A stretch of DNA of 64,000 nucleotides from positions 864,001-928,000 of the forward strand of contig OZ241865.1 of assembly GCA_965203275.1 (NCBI GenBank), in the 5' to 3' direction. Of this stretch, positions 29,334 to 39,839 are shown one piece after another. The position numbers and the translations under genes are program-made. The notes beneath the pieces are model-generated. The model made no database searches. It saw only the letters and a list, made by a program, of their open reading frames with translations, and was not told where the DNA came from. Origin of the DNA: Bdellovibrionales bacterium (GTDB taxonomy: Bacteria; Bdellovibrionota; Bdellovibrionia; Bdellovibrionales; JAUICD01). How positions within the stretch are numbered: the stretch's first letter is position 1; each line of letters starts with the position of its first letter.

Positions 29334-29654
29334 ATGGCAGAGGCAGCAAAGCATTTATGGATATTATCAAAAGATGAGACATTACAGGAACTTGCAATGG
29401 TGAAAGAGAGAGACAGAAAAGATCAAGCAGCCAGAGAAGATGATGCTTATGAGGAAGGGATGAAGAAAGGTCGTAAGGATGGGATGAAGAAAGGAATAGA
29501 AAAAGGGATGGAAAAATGGAAAAAGGAATGGAAAAAGGGATGGAAAAATGGAAAAAGGAATGGAAAAATGGAAAAAGGAATGGAGGTCGTAAAAGGGATG
29601 GAAAAAGGGATGACAGGTTTATCCAAAGATGACATTCTCAAGCTGAAAAAATAA
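29334..29654 (+). CDS. Small C-terminal Rpn product (Rpn_S-like), degenerate repeat region
   Basis: AAGGAGG RBS then MAEAAKHLW; EGMKKG repeats with internal frame slips. Confidence 0.6.
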   Translation: MAEAAKHLWILSKDETLQELAMVKERDRKDQAAREDDAYEEGMKKGRKDGMKKGIEKGMEKWKKEWKKGWKNGKRNGKMEKGMEVVKGMEKGMTGLSKDDILKLKK

Positions 29655-29823
29655 TTTGCCTTTTTTAATTATAAGATTTGCTGTTATGGATTTAAAGGAG
29701 TATACCAATTTTCAAAATAAAGGGATCTGGCAACCCGGCATCAGGTACTAAAACTGAACTTTTTCCTTAACATTGTGTTAAAAAAGGAAAGGATCCTTCC
29801 TACTAAAAATAAACGGATTTTTG

Positions 29824-30546
29824 GAGCTTGTCCCTGATATCGGTGAAAATAGACGGCTCATAAATTAGTTTTTAATTGTTTTTTCTTTTTGTCAATAATA
29901 ATTTTTTTTAAACTTTGTTCTAATTGTTCTAAATCTTTAAATCCTTTAATGCTTTTGAAATGTTTTTCTGCTTCCAATAGACTCACAGCAGACCATCTTA
30001 AAACTTGATCTGAAGAAGAACTCCAAAGTAGCACAAAATATGTTGAAAGAAAATCTCAATATTTCATTGATCTCTACAATGACAGGTTTATCCAAAGATG
30101 ACATTCTCAAGCTGAAAAAATAATTTGCCTTTTTTAATTATAAGATTTGCTGTTATGGATTTAAAGGAGTATACCAATTTTCAAAATAAAGGGATCTGGC
30201 AACCCGGCATCAGGTACTAAAACTGAACTTGACTGCTTAACACGAGGCTTCCTAACCTGCAACTTTTGACCACCTGCAAGTATGCTACCTTTATCACTAC
30301 CAGCTCTATGAAAATGGAAAGTATCCTTCCTACTAAACGACCATGAGGCAATCAGCCTTTGATCGACGGCAAATGAACTTCTTGTGAAATGAATGACTAT
30401 TTTTGGTACACTTCATAATGGCTCCTTTCTTTTTATTTTTAAAAGTTAATTGTTAATAAAATTTGGTTGGCTGAAATATGCCAACCAGGAGCCTTCTATC
30501 TTAACATCTTCTCTAAGAAAAATTCACCGAATTATAGGACATGCTC
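29824..30546 (-). mobile_element. IS256-family remnant with both IRs and 8-bp target duplication; interior deleted and scrambled
   Basis: IRs GAGCTTGTCC...CGGTGAA / TTCACCG...GGACATGCTC; TSD GATTTTTG at 29816-29823 and 30547-30554; fragments RAGSDKGSILAGGQKLQVRKPRV and QVLRWSAVSLLEAEKHFKSIKGFKDL. Confidence 0.8.
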
Positions 30547-30734
30547 GATTTTTGAGGCAATCAGCCTTTGATCGACGGCAAAGAACTTCTTGTTTCCTTA
30601 ACATCCTGTTAAGAAACGAAGAGATCCTTTCTACTAAAAGTGGTCAGGCTTTCTAGGTTGCCAGCAATTGAGAAGGCGAAAGCCTTCGGCTGGCAACCAG
30701 AAAGTGGCCAGAGGCCAGACCACTTTTAGTGAAA
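30547..30734 (+). repeat. Structured repeat; clean full copy at 30591-30734
   Basis: ACTAAAAGTGGTC (30633-30645) pairs with GACCACTTTTAGT (30718-30730). Confidence 0.92.
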
Positions 30735-30747
30735 CAAAGGAGGCGTT

Positions 30748-31062
30748 ATGGCAGAGGCAGCAAAGCACTTATGGATATTATCAAAAGATGAGACATTACA
30801 GGAACTTGCAATGGTGAAAGAGAGAGACAGGAAAGATCAAGCAGCCAGAGAAGAGGGTGCTTATGAGGAAGGAATGAAGAAAGGTCGTAAGGCAGGAATG
30901 GAAAAAGGGATAGAGAAAGGTCGTAAGGAAGGGATGGAGAAAGGGATGGAGAAAGGGATGGAAAAAGTGGCACAAAATATGTTGAAAGAAAACCTCAATA
31001 TTTCATTGATCTCTACAATGACAGGTTTGTCCAAAGACGACATTCTCAAGCTGAAAAAATAA
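30748..31062 (+). CDS. Stand-alone small Rpn C-terminal protein (Rpn_S-like)
   Basis: AAGGAGG RBS; EGMEKG repeats; VAQNMLKENLNISLISTMTGLS HTH-like tail. Confidence 0.8.
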   Translation: MAEAAKHLWILSKDETLQELAMVKERDRKDQAAREEGAYEEGMKKGRKAGMEKGIEKGRKEGMEKGMEKGMEKVAQNMLKENLNISLISTMTGLSKDDILKLKK

Positions 31063-31129
31063 TTTGCCTTTTTTAAATTATAAGATTTGCTGGTATGGAT
31101 TTAAAGGAGTATACCAATTTTCAAAATAA

Positions 31130-31880
31130 GGGATCCTTCTTCTGGGATCTGGCAACCCGGCATCAGGTCCTAAAACTGAACTTTTTCCTTAACATTTCAC
31201 TCAAAATGAACTGGCCTCTGGCCACTTTTGAGCTGGATCTTCAATTTATTTCTTAAATTTCAAAATCATTGCCCTGAGACCAGACTCTTTCCCATTCATA
31301 TCATTAGCTTGTACAAACCTTCATCTTATTTGGCTTTGAAATTCTGTGCTTGCAAATAAAAAATCTAGATGCGAATGGTAATGGACAATGACTGCAAAGG
31401 CTTTCGCCTTTGACAAAATGGTCATCGCCTCAAAAATATATGCATTTTGAGTAGGGCGAATCTCCTTGCTTCTTGACATCATGTTAGGGAAACAAGATAT
31501 GTTTCTAAAATATTTTTGGGGAGCAAGCGGGTCTGCGGAAAATCTCCAGCCTGCCCTCGCCTCCCACTCATAATATTCATTTTTTGAGAGTTACGCAGAA
31601 TCTAAAAAAATAAAAAAACAAAAAGAAAGGAACTTTTTCCTTAACATTGTGTTAAAAAAGGAAAGGATCCTTCCTACTAAAAATAAACGGATTTTTGAGG
31701 CAATCAGCCTTTGATCGACGGCAAATGAACTTCTTGTTTCCTTAACATCCTGTTAAGAAACGAAGAGATCCTTTCTACTAAAAGTGGTCAGGCTTTCTAG
31801 GTTGCCAGCATTTGAGAAGGCGAATAGCCTTCGGCTGGCAACCAGAAAGTGACCAGAGGTCAGACCACTTTTAGTGAAAT
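31130..31880. repeat. Cluster of structured repeats and second hairpin-family fragment
   Basis: Full copy ~31735-31879; fragments at 31195, 31383, 31633; 31520-31630 matches 44942-45055. Confidence 0.88.
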
Positions 31881-31882
31881 AA

Positions 31883-32794
31883 TCAAAGCGTCATCGTCCA
31901 TTTTTGGATTAATTGGACAGCTTTATAAGCAGCTTGACTGGATGCCTCTTTGGTAGCACTGCCTAAGTGCGGAGATAATATAACATTTGGAAAACTCAAC
32001 AACTGACTTTTTATAATCTTTGCCATATCAAAAACATCCAGGGCCACCATTCCAATATGATTATATCTTAAAGCCTCTTGCAATACATCTATCGATAAAA
32101 CTTGCTTACGTGCCATATTGATCAACAAACCTTCAGGGCCTAAGTCTTTTAAAAGATCTAAATGAATAAAATGATGAGTTTCTTTTGTATAAGGTACATG
32201 CAAACTTACAATATCACTACCTTTAAAAAGCTCTGGTAGAGAGACTCTTTCGGCTTTATTATCTTTGAAAACTTGATCTGTAATATAAGGATCATAAGCT
32301 AAAACATCAGCACCAAACCCTTGAGCAAGTTTTGCTACATAGCTTCCCACTCTTCCAAGACCTACAATGCCCCAAGTCTTTTGATAAATTTCACTCCCTA
32401 TAAAAACATGCCTATCCAGAGGTATTTGACCAGTAGATAAATCTATTTTATGCAAATGACGTAAAGCTTGAAGGGCAAGAGCTATGGTCAACTCCCCTGT
32501 GGATACTCTATGAGCATCAGGTGTGTGAGTCCATTGAATATTTTGCTTTTGACAAGAACTTGCATCGATATGATCAACTCCAGAAGTTAAACTGATCAAA
32601 AAACGTAAATTTAACGCTTGTTCTAAAAACTTCTGATGTATTTGAGTCTTTGAGCGGATAATCATAATTTCTGCATCAGTGATCTCTGCTTGTGTCGGTT
32701 TTGCATAAAGGGCCGATCGTTTCACTGTATGACCTAGCTCTTTGAGTTTGAACTCAGCTTCTGGTAAAAATCTCTCTGTGATTAATATTTTCAT
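31883..32794 (-). CDS. D-isomer 2-hydroxyacid dehydrogenase (SerA-like)
   Basis: GIVGLGRVG, SLHVP, LINMAR, ALDVF, SPHLGSAT. Confidence 0.88.
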   Translation of the reverse strand: MKILITERFLPEAEFKLKELGHTVKRSALYAKPTQAEITDAEIMIIRSKTQIHQKFLEQALNLRFLISLTSGVDHIDASSCQKQNIQWTHTPDAHRVSTGELTIALALQALRHLHKIDLSTGQIPLDRHVFIGSEIYQKTWGIVGLGRVGSYVAKLAQGFGADVLAYDPYITDQVFKDNKAERVSLPELFKGSDIVSLHVPYTKETHHFIHLDLLKDLGPEGLLINMARKQVLSIDVLQEALRYNHIGMVALDVFDMAKIIKSQLLSFPNVILSPHLGSATKEASSQAAYKAVQLIQKWTMTL

Positions 32795-32830
32795 TTTGAT
32801 CCATTAAATACAAAATACAAAAAACACCCA

Positions 32831-34519
32831 TTACATACGGAAAACACCTTGCGACCTATGAACCCTGTCCCACCACCGATAATTCAAACTTGCCTCAATC
32901 CCAAGTCCTAAAACATGCCGTGTATCTATAGGATCAATGATGCCATCATCCCACAACCTAGCAGTGGAATAATAAGCAGAGCCTTCTGTTTTGTACTTTT
33001 CTAAAATAGTAGATCGCATCTGATCTATCTGCTCTTGAGAAAGATGTGCTTCTTGAGAAAGATGTGCTTCTTGAGAAAGATGTACTTCTTGAGACTTTCT
33101 TTTCATTTGATTTAATTTGATCGTCATTAGCACTTCAGCTGCTTGCTCACCTCCCATCACACTTATACGAGCATTCGGCCACATCCAAAGCTGATGAGGT
33201 TGATAGGCCCTTCCACACATGCCGTAATTTCCTGCACCATAAGACCCTCCTACCACTATTGTAAATTTAGGAACATGGGCATTGCTGACAGCCATCACCA
33301 TTTTAGCTCCATCTTTGGCAATACCTTCATTTTCGTACTTTTTCCCTACCATAAAACCTGTCACATTTTGCAGGAATACAAGAGGAATATTTCTCTGACA
33401 ACACAGTAAAATAAAATGAGTTGCTTTTAAAGCACTCTCACTAAAGATCACACCATTATTGGCCACAATCCCCACAGGATAACCATAAATATGTGCAAAG
33501 CCTGTTACAATGGTCTTTGCATAATTGACTTTAAATTCATGGAAGATGCTCGCATCGACAATGCGGGCAATGATCTCCCGTATATCAAAAGTGCGACGTT
33601 CATTTCGAGGAATGACACCATACAGCTCTTGTGGATCATAAAAAGGATCTCTGGATTCTAACCGCTCTAATGGTGGAGATAATGAAAGACGATTAAAGTA
33701 AGAGACTATACGCCGGCATACATCTAAGGCTTGTCTATCATCTTCTACGTAGTGATCTGTCACTCCACTTTTTTCACAATGAACCACAGCTCCACCAAGC
33801 GATTGAGCATCTACATCTTCGCCTGTGGCTGCTTTCACAAGTGGAGGACCTCCTAAAAAAATGCAACCTTCTTTTTGAACAATGATATTTTCATCACTCA
33901 TAGCAGGCACATAAGCTCCACCAGCTGTACAACTCCCCATCACAACAGAAATTTGTGGGATACCTACTGCTGACATTTGTGCTTGATTGTAAAAGATACG
34001 ACCAAAGTGATCTCGATCAGGGAAGACCTCTGCCTGCAATGGCAAAAAAGCCCCTCCACTATCCACTAAGTAAATGCAAGGCAGGTGGTTTTGCATAGCC
34101 ACTTCTTGGGCCCTCAAATGCTTTTTAACTGTGATGGGGAAATATGTCCCGCCTTTCACTGTAGCATCATTAGCTACAATCACCACTTCTTGCCCATGCA
34201 CCAGACCTATTCCTGTGATCATCCCTGCCGACGGGGCATTCCCTTTGTACATGTTATGAGCTGCTAAAGCAGAAAATTCTAAAAACTTTGTTTTGACATC
34301 TATCAAATGAGCAATTCTTTCTCTAGCAGTTAATTTACTTTTAGCTTTGTGCTTCTTCACAGCCTTTTCACCTCCACCTAGCTTAACTTGTGTAAGATGT
34401 GTATCAAGTTCTGAGATAAGGGTTTTCATGGCTGATTGATTTTCCAAAAAGTCGGAATCTTGGGTGTTTATTTGACTTTTGATACTGTTTTGAATAGAAT
34501 GGTTGTTTAAGGTATTCAT
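32831..34519 (-). CDS. Methylcrotonyl-CoA carboxylase beta (carboxyltransferase) subunit
   Basis: [46 protein letters not shown]. Confidence 0.93.
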   Translation of the reverse strand: MNTLNNHSIQNSIKSQINTQDSDFLENQSAMKTLISELDTHLTQVKLGGGEKAVKKHKAKSKLTARERIAHLIDVKTKFLEFSALAAHNMYKGNAPSAGMITGIGLVHGQEVVIVANDATVKGGTYFPITVKKHLRAQEVAMQNHLPCIYLVDSGGAFLPLQAEVFPDRDHFGRIFYNQAQMSAVGIPQISVVMGSCTAGGAYVPAMSDENIIVQKEGCIFLGGPPLVKAATGEDVDAQSLGGAVVHCEKSGVTDHYVEDDRQALDVCRRIVSYFNRLSLSPPLERLESRDPFYDPQELYGVIPRNERRTFDIREIIARIVDASIFHEFKVNYAKTIVTGFAHIYGYPVGIVANNGVIFSESALKATHFILLCCQRNIPLVFLQNVTGFMVGKKYENEGIAKDGAKMVMAVSNAHVPKFTIVVGGSYGAGNYGMCGRAYQPHQLWMWPNARISVMGGEQAAEVLMTIKLNQMKRKSQEVHLSQEAHLSQEAHLSQEQIDQMRSTILEKYKTEGSAYYSTARLWDDGIIDPIDTRHVLGLGIEASLNYRWWDRVHRSQGVFRM

Positions 34520-34751
34520 AATCTCTTACTTTAAATGACACACAACACAAATGCAATTTTTTTAATAGTGGTCTTAAAAAATCTTGGACATCAAAGCAAG
34601 GTTTAAATTAAAGTGGTTTTTGGGATTTAAAATTTTAAAAATGTCATAGTTTGCAATATTTGCTATTTCAACTTTTTGAGCAGATTTCATTTTGTTCCAA
34701 TCAAACTCATCAAGAACCAAGAACCAAGAATAGAAATTTAAAAGGCTAACT

Positions 34752-35252
34752 TTAGGCTTTGGTTTCGTTCACAATATCACAGTACTGTTTAAACACTTGC
34801 CAAGTCATAGGGACACACTCCACTGGCTGATCATTAGAAACTGTGACTTTGATTGTGCAGGAATAAACCCTATATTTATGAAACTTCCTTGATGTAGATA
34901 ATTTGTGATGACAAATATCAAATACAGGTTCTGTCCCACTCATTATTTGACAAGAGGCCTGATCACATACGTTGAGATACTTTTCTGTCTTACCAACCCG
35001 ATGATCTCGGATGACCTCATCCGGATCAAAAAGATTATCATAAGCCATCCGGCCCGTCTGCGTATCTCTTTGAACTCTCTCATCTAAAGAATACTCAAGC
35101 CGTTCTTGCTCTTTTTCAGCCTTATCTTGGGCATCAAGGTAAATATCTTCAAAAATAAAGTAGCCTGATATAAGCCAAGAGACTGCAAGCAATCCATACA
35201 AATAAAGTAGCCCTCTGGGCTTAGCTAGTTTTTTGACAACTCTTCTTGGCAT
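34752..35252 (-). CDS. Paralog of the pilin-associated Cys-rich protein
   Basis: Shares LAKPR, TGR..YD..FDPDE, LSTSR.FHKYRVYSC with 26954-27469. Confidence 0.75.
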   Translation of the reverse strand: MPRRVVKKLAKPRGLLYLYGLLAVSWLISGYFIFEDIYLDAQDKAEKEQERLEYSLDERVQRDTQTGRMAYDNLFDPDEVIRDHRVGKTEKYLNVCDQASCQIMSGTEPVFDICHHKLSTSRKFHKYRVYSCTIKVTVSNDQPVECVPMTWQVFKQYCDIVNETKA

Positions 35253-35295
35253 GTCTTAAACTCCCTCTGTGAAACACTCAAAGCACTGATTAAGA

Positions 35296-35330
35296 AAAGC
35301 TATGGGCCTTATAAACAGGCCCATAGCTTC
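35296..35330 (-). terminator. Hairpin homologous to the post-pilin hairpin
   Basis: AAGCTATGGGCCT...AGGCCCATAGCTT. Confidence 0.7.
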
Positions 35331-35695
35331 TTAAAAATAAGGACACTTTTTTATTTACTTAACTACTCAATACTGCGACTCTTGCAGAAAGGCTAAAGCA
35401 TTAAGCAACTGTAATTGTTATACTTTTTAGCCTACAAAGTTTTTGATTTTTGTCTAACACAACTCTTATTGTTTATTATGACATAAAACTTCATATTCTT
35501 GTTAAAAAAGTCAAAAAATTTTATATTTTGTATCAAAATGAATCGCTTTTTTTAGCTTTTTGTATCATTTTGAAACACTTGTCTAAAACTTAAAAACATA
35601 AAATCAAAAGTGAAACATTGGCTTTGGATATTAGATATTCTTTACTATTGATTAGATATTCTTTGCTATTGAGAAAAAGCATTTTTGACTTGTAT

Positions 35696-36340
35696 TTATC
35701 GGACAATTTTGATCTTGTTAGGATCAAACTGTGCCTTTGAAGGCAAATGAGAAGGGGGTACAAAATAATTATGACTATCCCTAACTAAAGAAAATTCAGC
35801 AATAGTCCCTAGTCTCTCTCCACTAGCTCCTAATGTATAAGCCCGAAGCACTAAATGGGGTTGCCTACCTGTGATTTGAAATGTCAAGTTATACTCTAAT
35901 GTGCAAGGGAAATCTTCACAAAACACAAGACCTTCTTGTTTTTTGATATTATCTTCTTGCTCTCTTATAGAGAGGGGCTCTGATGGTAAATGAGATGAAT
36001 CAGCTACAATTTGAACATCTTGTTGTAAAGACCAATTAAGATGTAATCCTTCTACAGGTCTGGCGAGAGTCAATATAACTTGAATATTTAAACGATTATT
36101 TAATTGCAAGCCGGCAGTGTTTTCACTTTGAATTGCAATCTGAAAATCATGGAAGTCATCATCTGGCACAGCTACAATAGGTCCTATTTGACTATTTAAG
36201 GATTGGCTTTCATTTTGAGCAAGCTCTATAGATTCAGGAATCAAATGATGATAAGATAAGCCCAATACAATTAATATCAAAAGCAATGAGCCTTTCCAAA
36301 TAAGCTGTTTAAAATAAGGCTTATGTTCACCTAAGGACAT
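35696..36340 (-). CDS. Hypothetical membrane-anchored protein
   Basis: 214-aa ORF, N-terminal TM helix, overlaps upstream gene end. Confidence 0.6.
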   Translation of the reverse strand: MSLGEHKPYFKQLIWKGSLLLILIVLGLSYHHLIPESIELAQNESQSLNSQIGPIVAVPDDDFHDFQIAIQSENTAGLQLNNRLNIQVILTLARPVEGLHLNWSLQQDVQIVADSSHLPSEPLSIREQEDNIKKQEGLVFCEDFPCTLEYNLTFQITGRQPHLVLRAYTLGASGERLGTIAEFSLVRDSHNYFVPPSHLPSKAQFDPNKIKIVR

Positions 36341-38184
36341 AATGTATCCTCGTTGATAGTTAAATTATAAGTTGATTCACTACCTAATAAAAATTTATTA
36401 TTGGATTCGCCTCTTCTTGTCCAAACCATCACATTGATCATATAAGCTCCAGCTTCTGCCGAAACTCTTATAGACTCAGTACCTTCGTCATCTCTATTTC
36501 TACTTGAAGTCAGTATATCATCATCTTTTAAATATGTATAACCATTTTTATAGACAAGAAGGTCTAGGTCTGCTTTTTTATCATCGGGTGTGTCCTGATC
36601 AGTAGGATTATAAGTTAATTCCACTGACAAGGTCCCTCCTCTATGTTCATAGAGATAAAAATCATTTGAACTATGTTGATTTGAGCTTTTAGGATAAGCG
36701 ACCAATCGATTTTGTTCTCGCTTATCTGCATCTGTAGCCCGTATTTTCTTAGGACACTCAGAAGATTGCCTATCTGTAGGAATAGGAAATGGACTAGCAA
36801 AATCTTCTCTATTTGCTTTTTGCATTTCTCTTTCCAGTAAGAGACTTATATCTGTTTTATTTTCTAGGTTATTGTGCAAAGACATAAAAAGCCCAAAATC
36901 TCGAAAATAATATTGTGTATCTTTAAACAATAAAGAAAACACACTCCAAATTTCTCCAAAACTGCCTCCATCAATGGAATCATTGTCCTGATCTTCAATA
37001 TCTTTAGATAAATGGGTGTAAGGGTCTATTATATCCCAAAGAGTTCTGGTAATAGAAAATTCTCTAAAGTTCCCTTCGCCAGTAGCTTTAGAAACATCTC
37101 TTTTAGGAGGATGGCTTTCTAAGTTTTCATTGATTTTCAAAAGTCCATTTGGAGAAATACCTACAGAATCAATATAAACAGCCCGACCAAAGACCGCATT
37201 AGCAAAAAAGGTAGCAAACCCTTCTGACCAAGCCAGACGAGGATCAATAACGTACCTTGCATTATGAGAACCTCCAGGTGTATCTGTTTTTGAAAAAGTA
37301 TCTTCTAAAAAATGTCCATATTCATGCAAAATAATAATGTTATCAAAATGATCGGTGTTGGTAGCTATGATATCGCCATTGCTACCTCCTACAATGAAAA
37401 GTTGCCGGCGTCCAGGAAGATAAAAACTAAAACTACTCGTTGCATCTTTAATAAAATGGGTAACAGGATTCAAGCCTTTTTTCCAGTAAACATAAACCTT
37501 AGGAGCTTGAGTGAACGGAATGCAGTCTGGTATAAAATTATGGCAATTTTTTGTTTGCTCCCTTAAAAAAATATTCGCTTCTAAAATTTGATCATAAATA
37601 TTAAAAGCACCTCCTTGTTCATCAGCTGATGCTGTTATTACAATGTCGGTCACATCAGACTGATCTTCAAGTGTGATTGTTTTTGATATGAAATAATGTT
37701 GAAAATTAGCAGGCTCATCTTGAACAGTAATATTGATATGTTCATTGCTTGCTCTGGCATTGACTTGAATTGTATATTCTTCTTGTTCTCTATAAGGTAC
37801 TTTTATAGAAAAAGCTCCCTGGCGATCTGTGTGGCTAGCAGTCACACAACCTTGTGATGATAAAACATCTATTGAAGCATGGCGAATATTCTTAGTGGAA
37901 TCTTCTATCGCTCCTAATCCTTGTTTTGAGGGTACTCTATATTCAAAAACAGCCTTTCCTTTGAGAGTGATGGCATTTTCACTGATTGTTTGTTCACGAC
38001 AAAGAGATCTGTTATTTGGATTAGGGGGAGATGAACTTTGATCATCAGATGATTGGGTTCTTTTTTTAGAACATCCTTCTAAAAACCATGCTGTCAACAA
38101 AAGACATATAATTAAAATTTTGGCTCGAGAAAAATAAACAAACATATTCATTCCTGCCGGATCCCGGATCCCAATTTCTGTCAT
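36331..38184 (-). CDS. Lipoprotein zinc metalloprotease (start likely ~38150)
   Basis: LEGC lipobox; IILHEYGHFLE and AWSEG; PPC-like C-terminal domain. Confidence 0.75.
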   Translation of the reverse strand: MTEIGIRDPAGMNMFVYFSRAKILIICLLLTAWFLEGCSKKRTQSSDDQSSSPPNPNNRSLCREQTISENAITLKGKAVFEYRVPSKQGLGAIEDSTKNIRHASIDVLSSQGCVTASHTDRQGAFSIKVPYREQEEYTIQVNARASNEHINITVQDEPANFQHYFISKTITLEDQSDVTDIVITASADEQGGAFNIYDQILEANIFLREQTKNCHNFIPDCIPFTQAPKVYVYWKKGLNPVTHFIKDATSSFSFYLPGRRQLFIVGGSNGDIIATNTDHFDNIIILHEYGHFLEDTFSKTDTPGGSHNARYVIDPRLAWSEGFATFFANAVFGRAVYIDSVGISPNGLLKINENLESHPPKRDVSKATGEGNFREFSITRTLWDIIDPYTHLSKDIEDQDNDSIDGGSFGEIWSVFSLLFKDTQYYFRDFGLFMSLHNNLENKTDISLLLEREMQKANREDFASPFPIPTDRQSSECPKKIRATDADKREQNRLVAYPKSSNQHSSNDFYLYEHRGGTLSVELTYNPTDQDTPDDKKADLDLLVYKNGYTYLKDDDILTSSRNRDDEGTESIRVSAEAGAYMINVMVWTRRGESNNKFLLGSESTYNLTINEDTLCP

Positions 38185-38379
38185 GCCCTTTGCCTACCTT
38201 AAAAGTCTGTGCATTATTATCTTATATACTATACTTAAATATGTTATTTATCTACAAAAACTGTTTGAAACCATGCTAAAGACATGATGAAAATGAGAAA
38301 AATGTTTTACTTTGAGACACAAAAGCATTTGAGTTAAAATAAGATAGTATGTTATGTGATATGAAATAAGGTAATAATA

Positions 38380-38652
38380 ATGGTTTATGTAAAAGGATTT
38401 AATTCTGATATTTGCCATCAAGGTTGCTCATACCATGTTCAAACAGAAGATTGGGGAGCAACCAAATCAGCTATTGTGACGAAAGTCTTTAAAAATGGAG
38501 CTGTGGTCAAAACTATTACCTCAAGTTATAAAGACTTCATTAGAGAAAATTTAGACGTTGGTCCCAATCACCATACAGGCAGTAAAACGGATCACATTCG
38601 ATCTGCTATGCAGACTCAACATAAAGAAATACTCACTCAATTATTTCAATAA
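38380..38652 (+). CDS. Conserved hypothetical protein
   Basis: VKGFNSDI...YHVQTEDWG motif. Confidence 0.7.
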   Translation: MVYVKGFNSDICHQGCSYHVQTEDWGATKSAIVTKVFKNGAVVKTITSSYKDFIRENLDVGPNHHTGSKTDHIRSAMQTQHKEILTQLFQ

Positions 38653-38675
38653 AAGCAAGATGCATATTGATATTT

Positions 38676-39365
38676 TTAAATAGAAGTGTCAAAAGAATGC
38701 AAATGAAGGATTTTTTCAACAACAGCATCTTCATCTATATCACTGGTATCAATTAAATGAGCGTCTGGAGCTATCTTAAGAGGGGCAATTGTTCTCTTTT
38801 GATCTCTTAGATCTCTTTTTTCTTGATGGCTTGATGTCAAACCTGTTTCTAAAATACGTCTTTGTTTACGGTGGGCAAGAGATGCTGTGAGATAAATTTT
38901 AAGGGGAGCCTGAGGAAAAACCACTGTTCCACAGTCTCTGCCTTCTGCTACAAGGCCTTTTTGTATTTTTTGTAGACAATCTCTCTGAGGTTTAAGTAAA
39001 AGTGTCCTGACTTTGGGCAAGCTACTGACCTGACTAGCTATATCTGCTATATCTTCACTTAAAGTTTTATCACTTATATCGCATCCTTCTAACTCAATGG
39101 CAGTGTTATGAGGTTGCATCGTGACACGTAAGCTTTGATTCTGATGAATGAGTTTGACGATGGAAGGTTCATTTAATGGATGGATTTGATGTTTTTGGAC
39201 AAGGAAAGCCACAGCTCTATAAAATGCTCCTGTTGAAATCCACTGCCAATCGAGGATTTTAGCTAATTTACGACTCACTGAAGTCTTACCAGAAGCAGCA
39301 GGACCATCAATCGTGATCATATTGTGTATGCTTTGATTTGTTTTTATGTTATTTTTATTCACCAT
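38676..39365 (-). CDS. cmk: Cytidylate kinase
   Basis: ITIDGPAASGKT, VAEGRDCGTVVFP. Confidence 0.95.
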   Translation of the reverse strand: MVNKNNIKTNQSIHNMITIDGPAASGKTSVSRKLAKILDWQWISTGAFYRAVAFLVQKHQIHPLNEPSIVKLIHQNQSLRVTMQPHNTAIELEGCDISDKTLSEDIADIASQVSSLPKVRTLLLKPQRDCLQKIQKGLVAEGRDCGTVVFPQAPLKIYLTASLAHRKQRRILETGLTSSHQEKRDLRDQKRTIAPLKIAPDAHLIDTSDIDEDAVVEKILHLHSFDTSI

Positions 39366-39368
39366 AAC

Positions 39369-39836
39369 TTAGGACTTGCCTTCAGCTTTATGAATACTTG
39401 TCTTTTTACATAATGATTTATGACTTTCTAAAAACTTTTTTATTGATCCTTGCTTTTGCTTGTAAGGGTAAACTTTTCCTTTTTTGATTAGATTTCCAAA
39501 ATCTATTTGTAAAGGTTTATCTTTTGAATACAACAATCTTGCTTCACTGGCTTTAGCCAAAGCTATAATATGCGAATCATTTGATTTTAATTTTAAGTTT
39601 TTAAGCTTCTTAATTTCAGAGTCAATTTTATTGCTTTCATCTTTTAATCGACCACTTATAAGAGCTTCAGAAGCCCATTTTTTAAAAGATTCTATACGTA
39701 ATAATTCTTTTTTAAGCTGTCCACCATAAATCACCGATCGACCTTTCATAACCCAATTTAATAAAAGCTTTTCATATAAGGTTTGCTGATTTCCAAACAT
39801 AGAAGATGCAACATTGGCATCAATAATGACACACAT
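39369..39836 (-). CDS. PIN-domain nuclease-like protein
   Basis: VIIDAN, SNDSHIIALA, LLYSKDK. Confidence 0.75.
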   Translation of the reverse strand: MCVIIDANVASSMFGNQQTLYEKLLLNWVMKGRSVIYGGQLKKELLRIESFKKWASEALISGRLKDESNKIDSEIKKLKNLKLKSNDSHIIALAKASEARLLYSKDKPLQIDFGNLIKKGKVYPYKQKQGSIKKFLESHKSLCKKTSIHKAEGKS

Positions 39837-39839
39837 AAT

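Noticed and set aside
30591..30734. Element as hammerhead ribozyme, tRNA, dif site or integron attC
   Set aside because: No CUGANGA core, no T-loop or CCA, no XerC arm with 6-bp spacer, no RYYYAAC/GTTRRRY ends on the main stem; only partial ATGTTAA resemblance.
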